The notes beneath the pieces were generated by a model. The model had not been told where the DNA came from and did not search any database. It worked only from the letters and a program-made list of their open reading frames with translations. A DNA stretch of 31,834 nt from Deltaproteobacteria bacterium (GTDB taxonomy: Bacteria; Desulfobacterota; GWC2-55-46; JAUVFY01): assembly GCA_030594025.1 (NCBI GenBank), contig JAUVFY010000001.1, forward strand, positions 1 to 31,834, in the 5' to 3' direction. Of the stretch, positions 8,976 through 17,907 are shown piece after piece. Each line of letters opens with the position of its first letter. Position 1 is the stretch's first letter. Made by a program: the position numbers and the translations under genes.

Positions 8976-9073
8976 GGAAGAAACCCTGTAATCTTCCTTG
9001 CTGTAAATCCTTAATTTATATAGCTTTTTAGCGTTAAAACAGGCTTTGAAGGGAACCCTCTTTGGCGCACCTT

Positions 9074-10924
9074 TCAGGATGCCGCCTGCTCAATCCTGGG
9101 CACGGCCTTTAGGAGGGTCTTTGTGTAGGGGTCTTTCGGGTGGGCGAATATCGCTTCGGCGGTTTCGTGCTCAAGGATCTTGCCGTCGAGCATTACGGCC
9201 ACCTCGTCGGCTATGTATTCCACGACGCTTATGTCGTGGGTTATGAAAAGGAGCGAAATGCCGAAGTCCCTCTGGATGTATTTTAATAGGTTAAGAATCT
9301 GGGCCTGCACAGATACGTCGAGGGCGCTCGTGGGCTCGTCGCAGACGATAAACTCGGGGTCCACGGCCAGAACCCGTGCTATGCCTATCCTCTGGCGCTG
9401 CCCGCCCGAGAACTCGTGGGGATAGCGGTGCCTCATCTCGGGCGTTAAACCGACCCTTTCGAGGGTCTCTTCGATCTTCCTTATCCTTTCGGCCCTGGTC
9501 ATCCTGGGCTTCAGGCTCTTCAGCCCCTCTTCTATTATCTGCCCGACCATCATCCTCGGGTTCAAGGACGAAAAAGGGTCCTGGAAGACTATCTGCATCT
9601 CTGAGCGGTACTTCTTGAGCTCCCTGTCCGTAAGCCCGGTTATGTCCGTGCCGTGGAATACCACGCTCCCTGCGGTGGGCCTTAAAAGCTGTATTATGCC
9701 CTTTCCCGCGGTGGTCTTTCCGCAGCCGGATTCCCCAACGAGGGCCAGCGTTGAGCCCTTCCTTATGGTGATGTCTATCCCGTCCACGGCCTTTACATGT
9801 CCGACGGCCTTTTTTAAGAGGCCCTTCCTTATGGGGTAGTAGCACTTAAGGCCCTTTACCTCGAGCACAACGGGCCTTTCCCCTGGAGGGGTGGCAAGGG
9901 GTTCGGCCTCTTCGGCCTCCCTTTTAAGGGGCTTTGAATGGGGTTTACTCATGAAGTCCGCATCGTAGAGGTGGCATGCGACAAGGTGCCCGGGCTCACG
10001 CTCCGCAAGGGGGGGCCTTATACCAGCGCATCCTTCCATCTCCCTCGGGCATCTACCTGCAAAAGGGCACCCCGCGGGGTATTCCGTCGCCGGCGGCACA
10101 ATGCCGCTTATGGTCTCAAGGGTCATGCCCCTTTTCTCTATACCAGGTATGGAGCGAAGAAGCTGAATCGTATAAGGGTGCATTGGGTTACGGAAGAGCT
10201 TTTTCGTTGAGGCCTGCTCCATTATCTTGCCGCCGTACATTACGGCCACCTCTTCGGCGTTCTGGTATACCACGGCGAGGTTGTGGGTTATGAGCAGTAT
10301 CGACGTGCCCATGGTGTCTCTTAGCTCTTTCATGAGCTTTAGTATCTGGTCCTGTATCGTAACGTCGAGGGCCGTTGTGGGCTCGTCCGCTATGAGGAGG
10401 TCCGGCCTGCAGGAAAGCGCAATCGCGATCATGACCCTCTGCCTCATCCCGCCGGAAAGCCGGTGGGGGTATTCGTAGTAGAGTTCCTCGGGACGCGGAA
10501 GGCCCACCTGTTCGAGCATGTCAATCGCTATTGCCCGAGCCTCCTGGCGGGTCTTCCCCTGGTGAAGCTTCACGGCCTCCACAATCTGGTTTCCTATGGT
10601 GAATACCGGGTTCAAAGAGGTCATGGGCTCCTGGAATATCATCGAAATTTCGGTCCCCCGGATCTTTCGCTTCTCGCGCTCCGGAAGGTCAACGATGTTC
10701 CGGCCCTTAAGAAGTACCTGGCCCCCGGCGATAAAGCCCTGCGGCTCGGGAACTAACTGGATTAATGACAGCGCCGTTACGGATTTGCCGCATCCGGACT
10801 CGCCCACGAGGGCGAAGGTAGAGCCCCTTTGTATCTTGAAAGAGACCCCGTCAACGGCCTTTCCCACCCCCTGGGGGCTCCTGAAGTATGTCTTAAGGTC
10901 CTTTACTTCGATTACCGGTTCCAT
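9074..10924 (-). CDS. Fused DppD/DppF (OppD/OppF)-type ABC ATPase with two NBDs
   Basis: Two GESGCGK Walker A motifs, LSGGMRQR and FSGGQRQR signatures, ADEPTTALD and CDEPTSALD, HPYT and CPFAGRC...VACH linker. Confidence 0.95.
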   Translation of the reverse strand: MEPVIEVKDLKTYFRSPQGVGKAVDGVSFKIQRGSTFALVGESGCGKSVTALSLIQLVPEPQGFIAGGQVLLKGRNIVDLPEREKRKIRGTEISMIFQEPMTSLNPVFTIGNQIVEAVKLHQGKTRQEARAIAIDMLEQVGLPRPEELYYEYPHRLSGGMRQRVMIAIALSCRPDLLIADEPTTALDVTIQDQILKLMKELRDTMGTSILLITHNLAVVYQNAEEVAVMYGGKIMEQASTKKLFRNPMHPYTIQLLRSIPGIEKRGMTLETISGIVPPATEYPAGCPFAGRCPREMEGCAGIRPPLAEREPGHLVACHLYDADFMSKPHSKPLKREAEEAEPLATPPGERPVVLEVKGLKCYYPIRKGLLKKAVGHVKAVDGIDITIRKGSTLALVGESGCGKTTAGKGIIQLLRPTAGSVVFHGTDITGLTDRELKKYRSEMQIVFQDPFSSLNPRMMVGQIIEEGLKSLKPRMTRAERIRKIEETLERVGLTPEMRHRYPHEFSGGQRQRIGIARVLAVDPEFIVCDEPTSALDVSVQAQILNLLKYIQRDFGISLLFITHDISVVEYIADEVAVMLDGKILEHETAEAIFAHPKDPYTKTLLKAVPRIEQAAS

Positions 10925-10931
10925 ACGCTAC

Positions 10932-12104
10932 CTACCTGACCCTGAGCCTCGGCTCGAGCGCGTCCCTTACGGCGTCTCCGAATATATTTGCCGGGAGGAC
11001 GAGCCCGAACATGAACACGAAGGCCCCGATAAGGCTCCACCATACGACCGGCTCCCTGGAGAGCTCGAGCCGGGCAGTATTTATCATGTTCCCCCAGCTT
11101 CCCATCTCCGGGCCCACTCCTATACCTATGTAGCTCAAGATCGCCTCGGCGAGCACGAGCCCCGAGAACTGCAGTACCATGGTTATAAGAACGAGGTGCA
11201 TCACGTTGGGCACGATATGCCGGTATATTATCTTCATCTTCGCCACACCGAAGGCCTTTGCGGCCTGGACGTATTCAAGCTCCCTCAGCTTCAGCGTCTC
11301 ACCCCGAATTATCCTGCAGAGGTCTGTCCACGAGGTTATGCCCATTATGATGCAGAGCCAGAAGAGCCTGTCGTTGGGGACGAAAAACCCCTGGTACAGG
11401 TCCCTGTCCCTTACAAGCCCCCCCTGGTAGCCCTCGGCGCCGAAAATCAGCATGAAGGCCACGATAAGGAGCACCGCGGGTATGGAGGCAAGGGTCGTGT
11501 ATATGTACTGGATTATATCGTCTATACGCCCGCCGAAGAACCCGGCCATGACGCCGAAGAATATGGCGAAAGGGATTATTATGACCGTTGTGCCTGTGCC
11601 GATCACCACGCCCGTACGTACACCCTTTATGGCGGAAAAAAGAACATCGCTTCCAACCTTGTCTGTACCCAGAAGGTGCTTGCCGGGGTATTCGAGAGGC
11701 TGGTAATCCCTTACCATGGTGCCGTCGGGTAGCTCCATGGACTCCTTAACGTATAGACGGGAGGCCAGGGGCGCGGAGAAGGTCTTCTCTGTATTGGCCC
11801 TCATGTTCCACAGGAGCCTGTCCAGGAGGCTCAGGGCCTGGGGGCTGTATATTTTTTTACCGTCTGCGGCCCTGACCACCGTGCCGGTATCCGTACGGAG
11901 GGGGTCTCTGAAGCGTATGGAGTCCAGAACGGCCACAGAACCGTAGAGTACGAGTATGGACATGCAGACCATGGCGAGCCTGTTCTTTCTTATCTGGAGC
12001 CAGGCGTTTCTCGTGTAGCCCTCTTTTCTCCCGGCGAAGATGAAATATACAACTATCCCAACCACGAAGAATATTATGAGGTCTGTCGCTAATATTACGG
12101 GCAT
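10932..12104 (-). CDS. Peptide/nickel ABC transporter permease (DppC/OppC type)
   Basis: HLLGTDKVG, EAA loop EYVQAAKAFG, AEAILSYIGIG, GDAVRDALEPR. Confidence 0.93.
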   Translation of the reverse strand: MPVILATDLIIFFVVGIVVYFIFAGRKEGYTRNAWLQIRKNRLAMVCMSILVLYGSVAVLDSIRFRDPLRTDTGTVVRAADGKKIYSPQALSLLDRLLWNMRANTEKTFSAPLASRLYVKESMELPDGTMVRDYQPLEYPGKHLLGTDKVGSDVLFSAIKGVRTGVVIGTGTTVIIIPFAIFFGVMAGFFGGRIDDIIQYIYTTLASIPAVLLIVAFMLIFGAEGYQGGLVRDRDLYQGFFVPNDRLFWLCIIMGITSWTDLCRIIRGETLKLRELEYVQAAKAFGVAKMKIIYRHIVPNVMHLVLITMVLQFSGLVLAEAILSYIGIGVGPEMGSWGNMINTARLELSREPVVWWSLIGAFVFMFGLVLPANIFGDAVRDALEPRLRVR

Positions 12105-12109
12105 GGCAA

Positions 12110-13090
12110 TTACTCCAGCCTTATCCTCGGGTCCACAAGGGTATAGCTTATGTCTGTGAGTATCAACCCCACTATATAGAGTATCGAGCCCAGGTAGACC
12201 ATGCTCCTTACTATGGCGAAGTCCTGGGCCTGTATGGCCTCGATGGTAAAGCTTCCCAGCCCGGGCACGGCGAAGAAGTTCTCCATCAGGAGGCTCCCGT
12301 AGAAAAGAAACGGGATAGAGACGACCACGCTCGTAAGAATCGGTATCATCGCGTTCTTTAGCCCATGCTTGAAAAGGACCTTCGTCTCCGAGAGCCCCTT
12401 TGCCCTTGCTGTCCTTATGTAGTCCTTTCCTATCTCTTCGAGGAAGACGGTCCTGTAGAACCTCACGCCGCTACCCACGGCGGTTATTATCCCTATTACC
12501 ACCGGGAGCACTACGAACTTTGCGGCGTGAACTCCCACATCGTAGCCGGAGATGGGGAAGAGCTTGAGGACCCTGCCGAAGACGTACTGGCCGCCTATTA
12601 TGTAGAAAAGGGTGGAAACGGACATCATTACGACGCAGAGGATGACCCCCCAGAGGTCAAGATATGTGCCCCTGAAAAAAGCTACCAGCATGGCAAACGT
12701 GAGGTTCACGAATATCCCTATCAAGAAAATGGGCAGCGCAATGGCAAGGCTCGGCCACATCCGCTTTCGGATTTCGTTGTTTATGTCGGCATTTTTCCTG
12801 TCGGACCTTCCGAAATCGAGCCAGAGTAGCGGTGCGGACCTCTGGAAAAATATCGTCTGGGTTACAACCGAAAGGCCCTCTTCCTCGGTGTTTAAAAGAA
12901 GCGGGAGGTTGTAGCCGTGGTCCCTCTTCCAGTTCTCTATGGCCTCGGGGGTTATGTTCTTTTCACCGATTATCTGCCGGGCCATGTCGTCGGGGGTGTT
13001 GACGTAGAAGAAAAGAAGCGCCGTAAGGATGTTCACCCCGAGGATTATGGGTATGGCGTAAAGGACGCGGCGTATGATGTAGGTGAGCAT
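12110..13090 (-). CDS. Peptide/nickel ABC transporter permease (DppB/OppB type)
   Basis: MLTYIIRR, DYIRTARAKGL, HGLKNAMIPI, ENFFAVPGLG, DISYTLVDPRIR. Confidence 0.95.
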   Translation of the reverse strand: MLTYIIRRVLYAIPIILGVNILTALLFFYVNTPDDMARQIIGEKNITPEAIENWKRDHGYNLPLLLNTEEEGLSVVTQTIFFQRSAPLLWLDFGRSDRKNADINNEIRKRMWPSLAIALPIFLIGIFVNLTFAMLVAFFRGTYLDLWGVILCVVMMSVSTLFYIIGGQYVFGRVLKLFPISGYDVGVHAAKFVVLPVVIGIITAVGSGVRFYRTVFLEEIGKDYIRTARAKGLSETKVLFKHGLKNAMIPILTSVVVSIPFLFYGSLLMENFFAVPGLGSFTIEAIQAQDFAIVRSMVYLGSILYIVGLILTDISYTLVDPRIRLE

Positions 13091-13133
13091 TGTTTAACCT
13101 TTAGCCTTGCTGTTGCCTGCTTTCGTGAGATGA

Positions 13134-15392
13134 TTATTTTCTCCCGCCCCTGAACCTTCTAATTACAGTGTATATGGTGGGAATTGAGCCAGCTATGAAG
13201 ATTATCCCTATTATGACAAGGGGCCTGAAGTTGGGCCTGTTCCAGACGTAACGGCGGTCCTTCCTCGTACCCGAGTCGATATCTATGTACTTCATCGTGT
13301 TGTTGGCCATCGCGTTGGACTTCAAATTCCCCACCCAGCCGTGCGAAAGCACGAAGGCCACGGGGTGGTAGCCCCAGACCCAGGGGGCGTCCTTCTGTAG
13401 TATACGGGTCATCTCCCTTATGATGGCCATCCTCTCGAGCGTGTTGTCCATGTTCTCCATCTTTCTGAAGAGCCTGTCGAATTCCCCGTTCTCGTAGTTC
13501 ACCGCGTTCTCACCCTGGTGATTGACCTTACCGTTGGGCCCGTAAAGGAGGAAAAAAAAGTTCTCCGGGTCAGGGTAGTCGGCGTTCCATCCCCAGAAAA
13601 AGAACTGGAAGTTTCCCTTGAACATCTTGTCCTGGAACCTGTTGTAATCGGTCGTCCTGTTTTCGAGCTGGATGCCCATGAGCTTAAAACGCTTCCTGAA
13701 CCAGTTTATCATGGGGCTGTTCTCCGGTCCCGTCCAGGCGTTGTCGAAGGTTATGACAAGGGGTTTTCCTTCCCTGTCCCTGCCGCCGGGGTAGCCGGCC
13801 TCCTCAAGGAGCCTTTTCGCCTCTTCGATGGATTTCCTGACGGGCCTACCCCTGGTTTCGTCCCAGTCGTATACATGGGGGTTCAAGCCCGCCTTTTCCA
13901 TCTCGTAGCCGAAGATACCCGGGGGCAGGGGGTTCATGGCCGGGATACCCCTTCCGTTGGCAAATATCTCTATGAACTCCTCGTAGTCGAGGGCGATGGA
14001 GATGGCCTGCCTGAGTTTTTGTTTATCCGTGCCCAGCCCGCCGACGACCGGGTCGAGCATGTTGAAGCCCGTGTAAAAGGTGGAAGGGCGCACCGAGGTT
14101 ATAAGCCTTATGTCCTTTTCCTTTATGAAATCAGTCAGGTCCGCCCTGCCTTCGACTGAGAAGGTCACCGCCTGGTCGAAGCTGTCGGAGGTTATCCCCG
14201 AGTTATCGTAGTAACCCTGGAGGAACTTGTTCCACCTGGGGATATCCTCCTTTTCGAGCTTAAAGATTATCTTCTCTATGAAGGGAAGGAGTTTACCTGC
14301 GTCATCGAGGAGCCCGGCATCTCTGTCAGGGGGATCCCCGCTCTCGGGGTAAGTCTCGGGATGGTAATTTTCGTTCTTTATGAGGACTACTTCCATGTTG
14401 GGGTTATTGGTCTCCATCCTATAAGGCCCGGTCCCCACGGGGAAACGTTCGATCGTTATGTTCTTTTCCTGCATGGGGCCCTGCTTGTAAAAGCGCACGG
14501 CTTCTTCCGGCACCGGAGAGAAAAATGGCATGGCGAGCCAGTAGACGAACTGGGGGTATTTTTTCTTGAGTATCACCCTGAAGGTGTAGTCGTCCACCTT
14601 CTCTACGCCTGGGAGCGGATGTTTCTTGTAGTCGAGTATAATGGGGTTCTTTCTTTCGTCAATGGCCTGGCTGTAGGCTGCGCCAGCCTTTTCCTTCCTG
14701 GCTTTCCTTATCTCCTCGAGGTCCCTTTTCAGGGCTTCGGAAAACTCCTCAAGGCCCAGGATGTATTTTTCGAGTATGGGCAGTATGGGGCAGTGGAGCT
14801 GGGGGTCCGCGAGGCGCATTATCTGGTAGATGTAATCATCGGAAACGAGCTCCCGCGTGCCGGTCACGGGAAAGTCCTTAATCTCCCAGATCCCTTTTAT
14901 ATCCGTTTCCGTAATACCAATATAAAGCGGCTCGCCGTCGGGCCCTCTGGCAAAGGCCGGGTGCTCCTGGTACATGATACCCTTTTTAATCCTTATCTCG
15001 TATACGGCGCGGTGAACCTTGTCAGGGGAGACGTCCTGGGGGAGTCTATCGCCGGAGATGTCATAGTAAGCGACTTCGGGGACCGAGTCCGTGGTGAGGG
15101 GCACGAGCGTGTAGGGACGCTTCAGGTAGTGATACTGCACCGGAGGCTCTAAGATCTGGCCTATCAAGGCATACTGGTCCGAGCTGTAAGAGCGGGCAGG
15201 GTCGAGGGTCTTGGGCTCCTCGGTGAAGGTTGTATAGAAGAAGTTCTTTCCCCTCTCTTCCGAACGGTAGGGGTTGTTGGGCGTGCATCCGCCGGAGAGT
15301 AAAAAGAAGGTACAGACAAGAGCCGAAATTAAATATAAGCGTTTATTTAAAACTAATCCCGGCAAATTATATCCTGAACTTATAGAAAACAT
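13134..15392 (-). CDS. Family 5 (Opp/Dpp-like) ABC substrate-binding lipoprotein, long form with a C-terminal hydrophobic helix
   Basis: Lipobox LSGGC, TLDPA, PVGTGPY, LRQAIS, GWNADYPDPENF, DAPWVW. The true start may be TTG at 15365, which has AGGA upstream. Confidence 0.9.
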   Translation of the reverse strand: MFSISSGYNLPGLVLNKRLYLISALVCTFFLLSGGCTPNNPYRSEERGKNFFYTTFTEEPKTLDPARSYSSDQYALIGQILEPPVQYHYLKRPYTLVPLTTDSVPEVAYYDISGDRLPQDVSPDKVHRAVYEIRIKKGIMYQEHPAFARGPDGEPLYIGITETDIKGIWEIKDFPVTGTRELVSDDYIYQIMRLADPQLHCPILPILEKYILGLEEFSEALKRDLEEIRKARKEKAGAAYSQAIDERKNPIILDYKKHPLPGVEKVDDYTFRVILKKKYPQFVYWLAMPFFSPVPEEAVRFYKQGPMQEKNITIERFPVGTGPYRMETNNPNMEVVLIKNENYHPETYPESGDPPDRDAGLLDDAGKLLPFIEKIIFKLEKEDIPRWNKFLQGYYDNSGITSDSFDQAVTFSVEGRADLTDFIKEKDIRLITSVRPSTFYTGFNMLDPVVGGLGTDKQKLRQAISIALDYEEFIEIFANGRGIPAMNPLPPGIFGYEMEKAGLNPHVYDWDETRGRPVRKSIEEAKRLLEEAGYPGGRDREGKPLVITFDNAWTGPENSPMINWFRKRFKLMGIQLENRTTDYNRFQDKMFKGNFQFFFWGWNADYPDPENFFFLLYGPNGKVNHQGENAVNYENGEFDRLFRKMENMDNTLERMAIIREMTRILQKDAPWVWGYHPVAFVLSHGWVGNLKSNAMANNTMKYIDIDSGTRKDRRYVWNRPNFRPLVIIGIIFIAGSIPTIYTVIRRFRGGRK

Positions 15393-15413
15393 TATGAATT
15401 TCGCCTATTTATA

Positions 15414-15443
15414 AAAATAGCACAGTAGCTGTATACCGGTCAA
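15414..15443 (-). promoter_or_regulatory. Putative promoter for the ABC transporter operon
   Basis: On the minus strand: TTGACC, 18-nt spacer, TATTTT, with an extended -10 TG. Confidence 0.45.
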
Positions 15444-15581
15444 GTTTTATGGGGTGCCGACAAAGGGCTGGAAGGCTCACCCGGCCCGGTTATCCGGTGC
15501 GAAGGCTGAAACAAAAGGTTTTGAACTTAAAGAATCCGGCAAATCGCCGGGAGACCGTTGTTTAAGGACATGGATCAGCCC

Positions 15582-15609
15582 TTGACACCGTGACTTCAGC
15601 GGTTATAAT
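15582..15609 (+). promoter_or_regulatory. Consensus sigma70 promoter
   Basis: TTGACA (15582-15587), 16-nt spacer, TATAAT (15604-15609). A second TATAAT at 15609-15614. Confidence 0.8.
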
Positions 15610-15619
15610 ATAATGCGTC

Positions 15620-15780
15620 CCTCTCGAAAGCTTTTTCTTGAGCCTTTTAAGCACACCCGGGCGATAACATCAAAGACATAACGATAGCGCGTAGCTTTTT
15701 TCCGGGAACCTTTGCGCTCGGGCTGCGGCACTTCGTCCTTGATCCGTTCTTCAGGCCCCTTATAACACGCTTTTGATTTA
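15620..15780 (+). ncRNA. Candidate rod-shaped structured RNA/leader of unknown class (faint 6S-like features)
   Basis: Nested stems found by hand: 15624-15631/15769-15776, 15637-15642/15750-15755, 15656-15663/15715-15722, 15671-15675/15710-15714. Lies directly after a consensus promoter. Confidence 0.3.
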
Positions 15781-15875
15781 ACCCCGTCATGAAAAATCCG
15801 GAAAACGAAGCTCGCCTTCCGACAGACTACGTTCGAGTTTCCAGCGGGAGCCCTTTTTTATGCGAAGGAGAACCT

Positions 15876-16259
15876 ATGGTAAAAAAAAGAAAAAAGACAA
15901 AGATACTCATCGTAGATGACGAAGAGTCAATAGGTCTTGCGCTGAGCGAGATGCTGAAGGACGAAGGTTTCGAGGCAGCTTACGTGATAGACGGGGCCCA
16001 GGCGGTCGAGGAGGTTGCGAACAACGGTTACAGACTCGTTTTTATGGATATGGTCATGCCCGGTATGAACGGCCTTGAGACTTACAGGGCCATAAGGAAG
16101 ATCAGCAGGTACGCAAAGGTAATACTTTTTACGGGATACATCAAGGACACCGACAATATAATCTCCCAGGGCGTAAGGGAGGGGATGATAGACGAGAAGA
16201 TAAGAAAACCCTATCTTACTGACCAGATAATAAGGAGCGCGAGGAAGCACCTGTCCTGA
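15876..16259 (+). CDS. Single-domain response regulator (receiver only)
   Basis: ILIVDDE, FMDMVMPGMNG (phosphoacceptor Asp), LFTG, RKP. AAGGAG RBS before ATG 15876. Confidence 0.9.
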   Translation: MVKKRKKTKILIVDDEESIGLALSEMLKDEGFEAAYVIDGAQAVEEVANNGYRLVFMDMVMPGMNGLETYRAIRKISRYAKVILFTGYIKDTDNIISQGVREGMIDEKIRKPYLTDQIIRSARKHLS

Positions 16260-16341
16260 AACGGGAATTGGTGATGGATTTAATGGACCCGTGCCACAAT
16301 TGTCTTGCCCGGACCTGCCCTTATGTTGTAATCTTTTTCTC

Positions 16342-17859
16342 ATGGAAAGGCCGGGCAGGATAAGGGCAAGGCCCATAATGGTTCAGGGGACATCTTCGCA
16401 CGCGGGCAAATCGATTATCGCCGCCGCCCTTTGCAGGATTTTTTCCCTGAAGGGGCTCAAGGTCGCACCCTTCAAGGCCCAGAACATGGCCCTCAACGCC
16501 TTTGTCACAAGGCGGGGTGGAGAGATAGGCAGGGCCCAGGCCTTTCAGGCCGAGGCCGCAGGGTGCGAGCCCACGGTCGACATGAACCCCGTGCTTTTAA
16601 AGCCCACGGCAGATTCCCTGGCCCAGGTAATAGTTCAGGGAAAGCTCTACGGGGTAATGAGCGCGAAGGAATACAGCCTTTTCAAGAAGGAGGTAAGGAG
16701 ATACGTCCTTGAAAGCTATACGAGGCTTGCCTCAGGCTATGATGTGATAGTCATAGAGGGTGCCGGAAGCCCCTCGGAGATTAACTTGAGGCAATACGAC
16801 ATCGCCAACATGGGGATGGCCGAGATGGCAGGAAGCCCCGTCGTCCTGGTGGGCGATATAGACAGGGGAGGGGTCTTCGCATCCTTTGTGGGTACGATGG
16901 AGCTACTTACTGGGCCGGAGAGGGAGAGGGTAAAGGGTTTTATAGTCAATAAATTCAGGGGTGACGTTGATCTTCTGGAACCGGGGCTCGTTTTCTTAAC
17001 CGAGAGGACCGGAGTTCCTGTCCTTGGTGTTATGCCCTACATGGAAGATATGAACCTTCCCGATGAGGACGGGGTCTCACTCGACGGCATCGGCCCGGAG
17101 AAAAACCCCGAGGTATGCGAACTGAGGATAGCGGTCGTCAAGCTCCCCAGGATTTCAAACTTCACGGACTTCGACCCGTTGAGGCTCGAGCCCGGTGTCT
17201 CGGTGGATTTTACGGCGGAACCCGGAGGGCTGGAAGGGGCCGATATGGCCATAATACCCGGGAGCAAGAACACCATCGCGGACCTTGACTGGCTTAAAAA
17301 AAGGGGTTTTACAGAGGCCCTCGAAGGTCTCGTAAAAACCGGCCGTATGGTCGCCGGCATCTGCGGGGGCTTCCAGATGATGGGGGGGGTTATAAAGGAC
17401 CCACATGGGGTAGAATCCGGCATGAAGGAGACAAAGGGCCTTGGGCTCTTAGAAGCAACAACCGTTCTCGAGGAAGATAAGAAGACCTTCCAGGTCACCG
17501 CCGAGCTAAAAGGCATGGTTGGAGTAAGTGTAAGGGGATATGAGATACACATGGGCAATACCGGGACATGCCAAAGGCCTTTTGCGATCGTAAGTGAGAG
17601 GAACACCGAGCCCGTTTGCGTGGAGGACGGCTACGTCTCCGAGGACGGTAAGTTATGGGGCACTTACATACACGGCGTCTTCGATAACGACCTTTTCAGG
17701 CAGAAGCTTTTGAACGGGCTCAGAAGAGAAAAGGGGCTACCCGCAAGGGTGTCTGCCCGGGGCTACGCCTCTTCAAAGGAAAAGGCGATTTCCAGGCTCG
17801 CGGAGGTTGTTAGCTCGGCCCTCGACATGGATAAAGTTTACGATATCATAGGGCTTTAA
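16342..17859 (+). CDS. cobQ: Cobyric acid synthase (CobQ/CbiP)
   Basis: MVQGTSSHAGKS, PFKAQNMALN, IEGAGSPSEINL, DIDRGGVFAS, PRISNFTDFDPL, GICGGFQM (catalytic Cys), GYEIHMG, GTYIHG. Start uncertain between 16291, 16342 and 16378. Confidence 0.96.
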   Translation: MERPGRIRARPIMVQGTSSHAGKSIIAAALCRIFSLKGLKVAPFKAQNMALNAFVTRRGGEIGRAQAFQAEAAGCEPTVDMNPVLLKPTADSLAQVIVQGKLYGVMSAKEYSLFKKEVRRYVLESYTRLASGYDVIVIEGAGSPSEINLRQYDIANMGMAEMAGSPVVLVGDIDRGGVFASFVGTMELLTGPERERVKGFIVNKFRGDVDLLEPGLVFLTERTGVPVLGVMPYMEDMNLPDEDGVSLDGIGPEKNPEVCELRIAVVKLPRISNFTDFDPLRLEPGVSVDFTAEPGGLEGADMAIIPGSKNTIADLDWLKKRGFTEALEGLVKTGRMVAGICGGFQMMGGVIKDPHGVESGMKETKGLGLLEATTVLEEDKKTFQVTAELKGMVGVSVRGYEIHMGNTGTCQRPFAIVSERNTEPVCVEDGYVSEDGKLWGTYIHGVFDNDLFRQKLLNGLRREKGLPARVSARGYASSKEKAISRLAEVVSSALDMDKVYDIIGL

Positions 17860-17907
17860 AAGGTTATTGCCCTTTTTATTACGCCCAAGACCCTCCCGGG
17901 CGGGTGG

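Noticed and set aside
8985-9015. Imperfect direct repeats (AAGGA..TTACAG) upstream of the HxH gene as an OmpR-family site
   Set aside because: The TTACA spacing is 15 nt rather than 10-11, so the support is too weak.
10596-11732. 378-aa plus-strand ORF, and similar long antisense ORFs at 13518-14159, 14361-15152, 7015-7674, 4631-5272 and 28383-28928
   Set aside because: They lie opposite well-supported genes, have no recognisable motifs or RBS, and are typical shadow ORFs in GC-rich coding DNA.
15430-16340. Cobalamin riboswitch upstream of cobQ
   Set aside because: I could not find the B12-box or GGGAA/GCCCCCGC-ACTGT-type elements on either strand.
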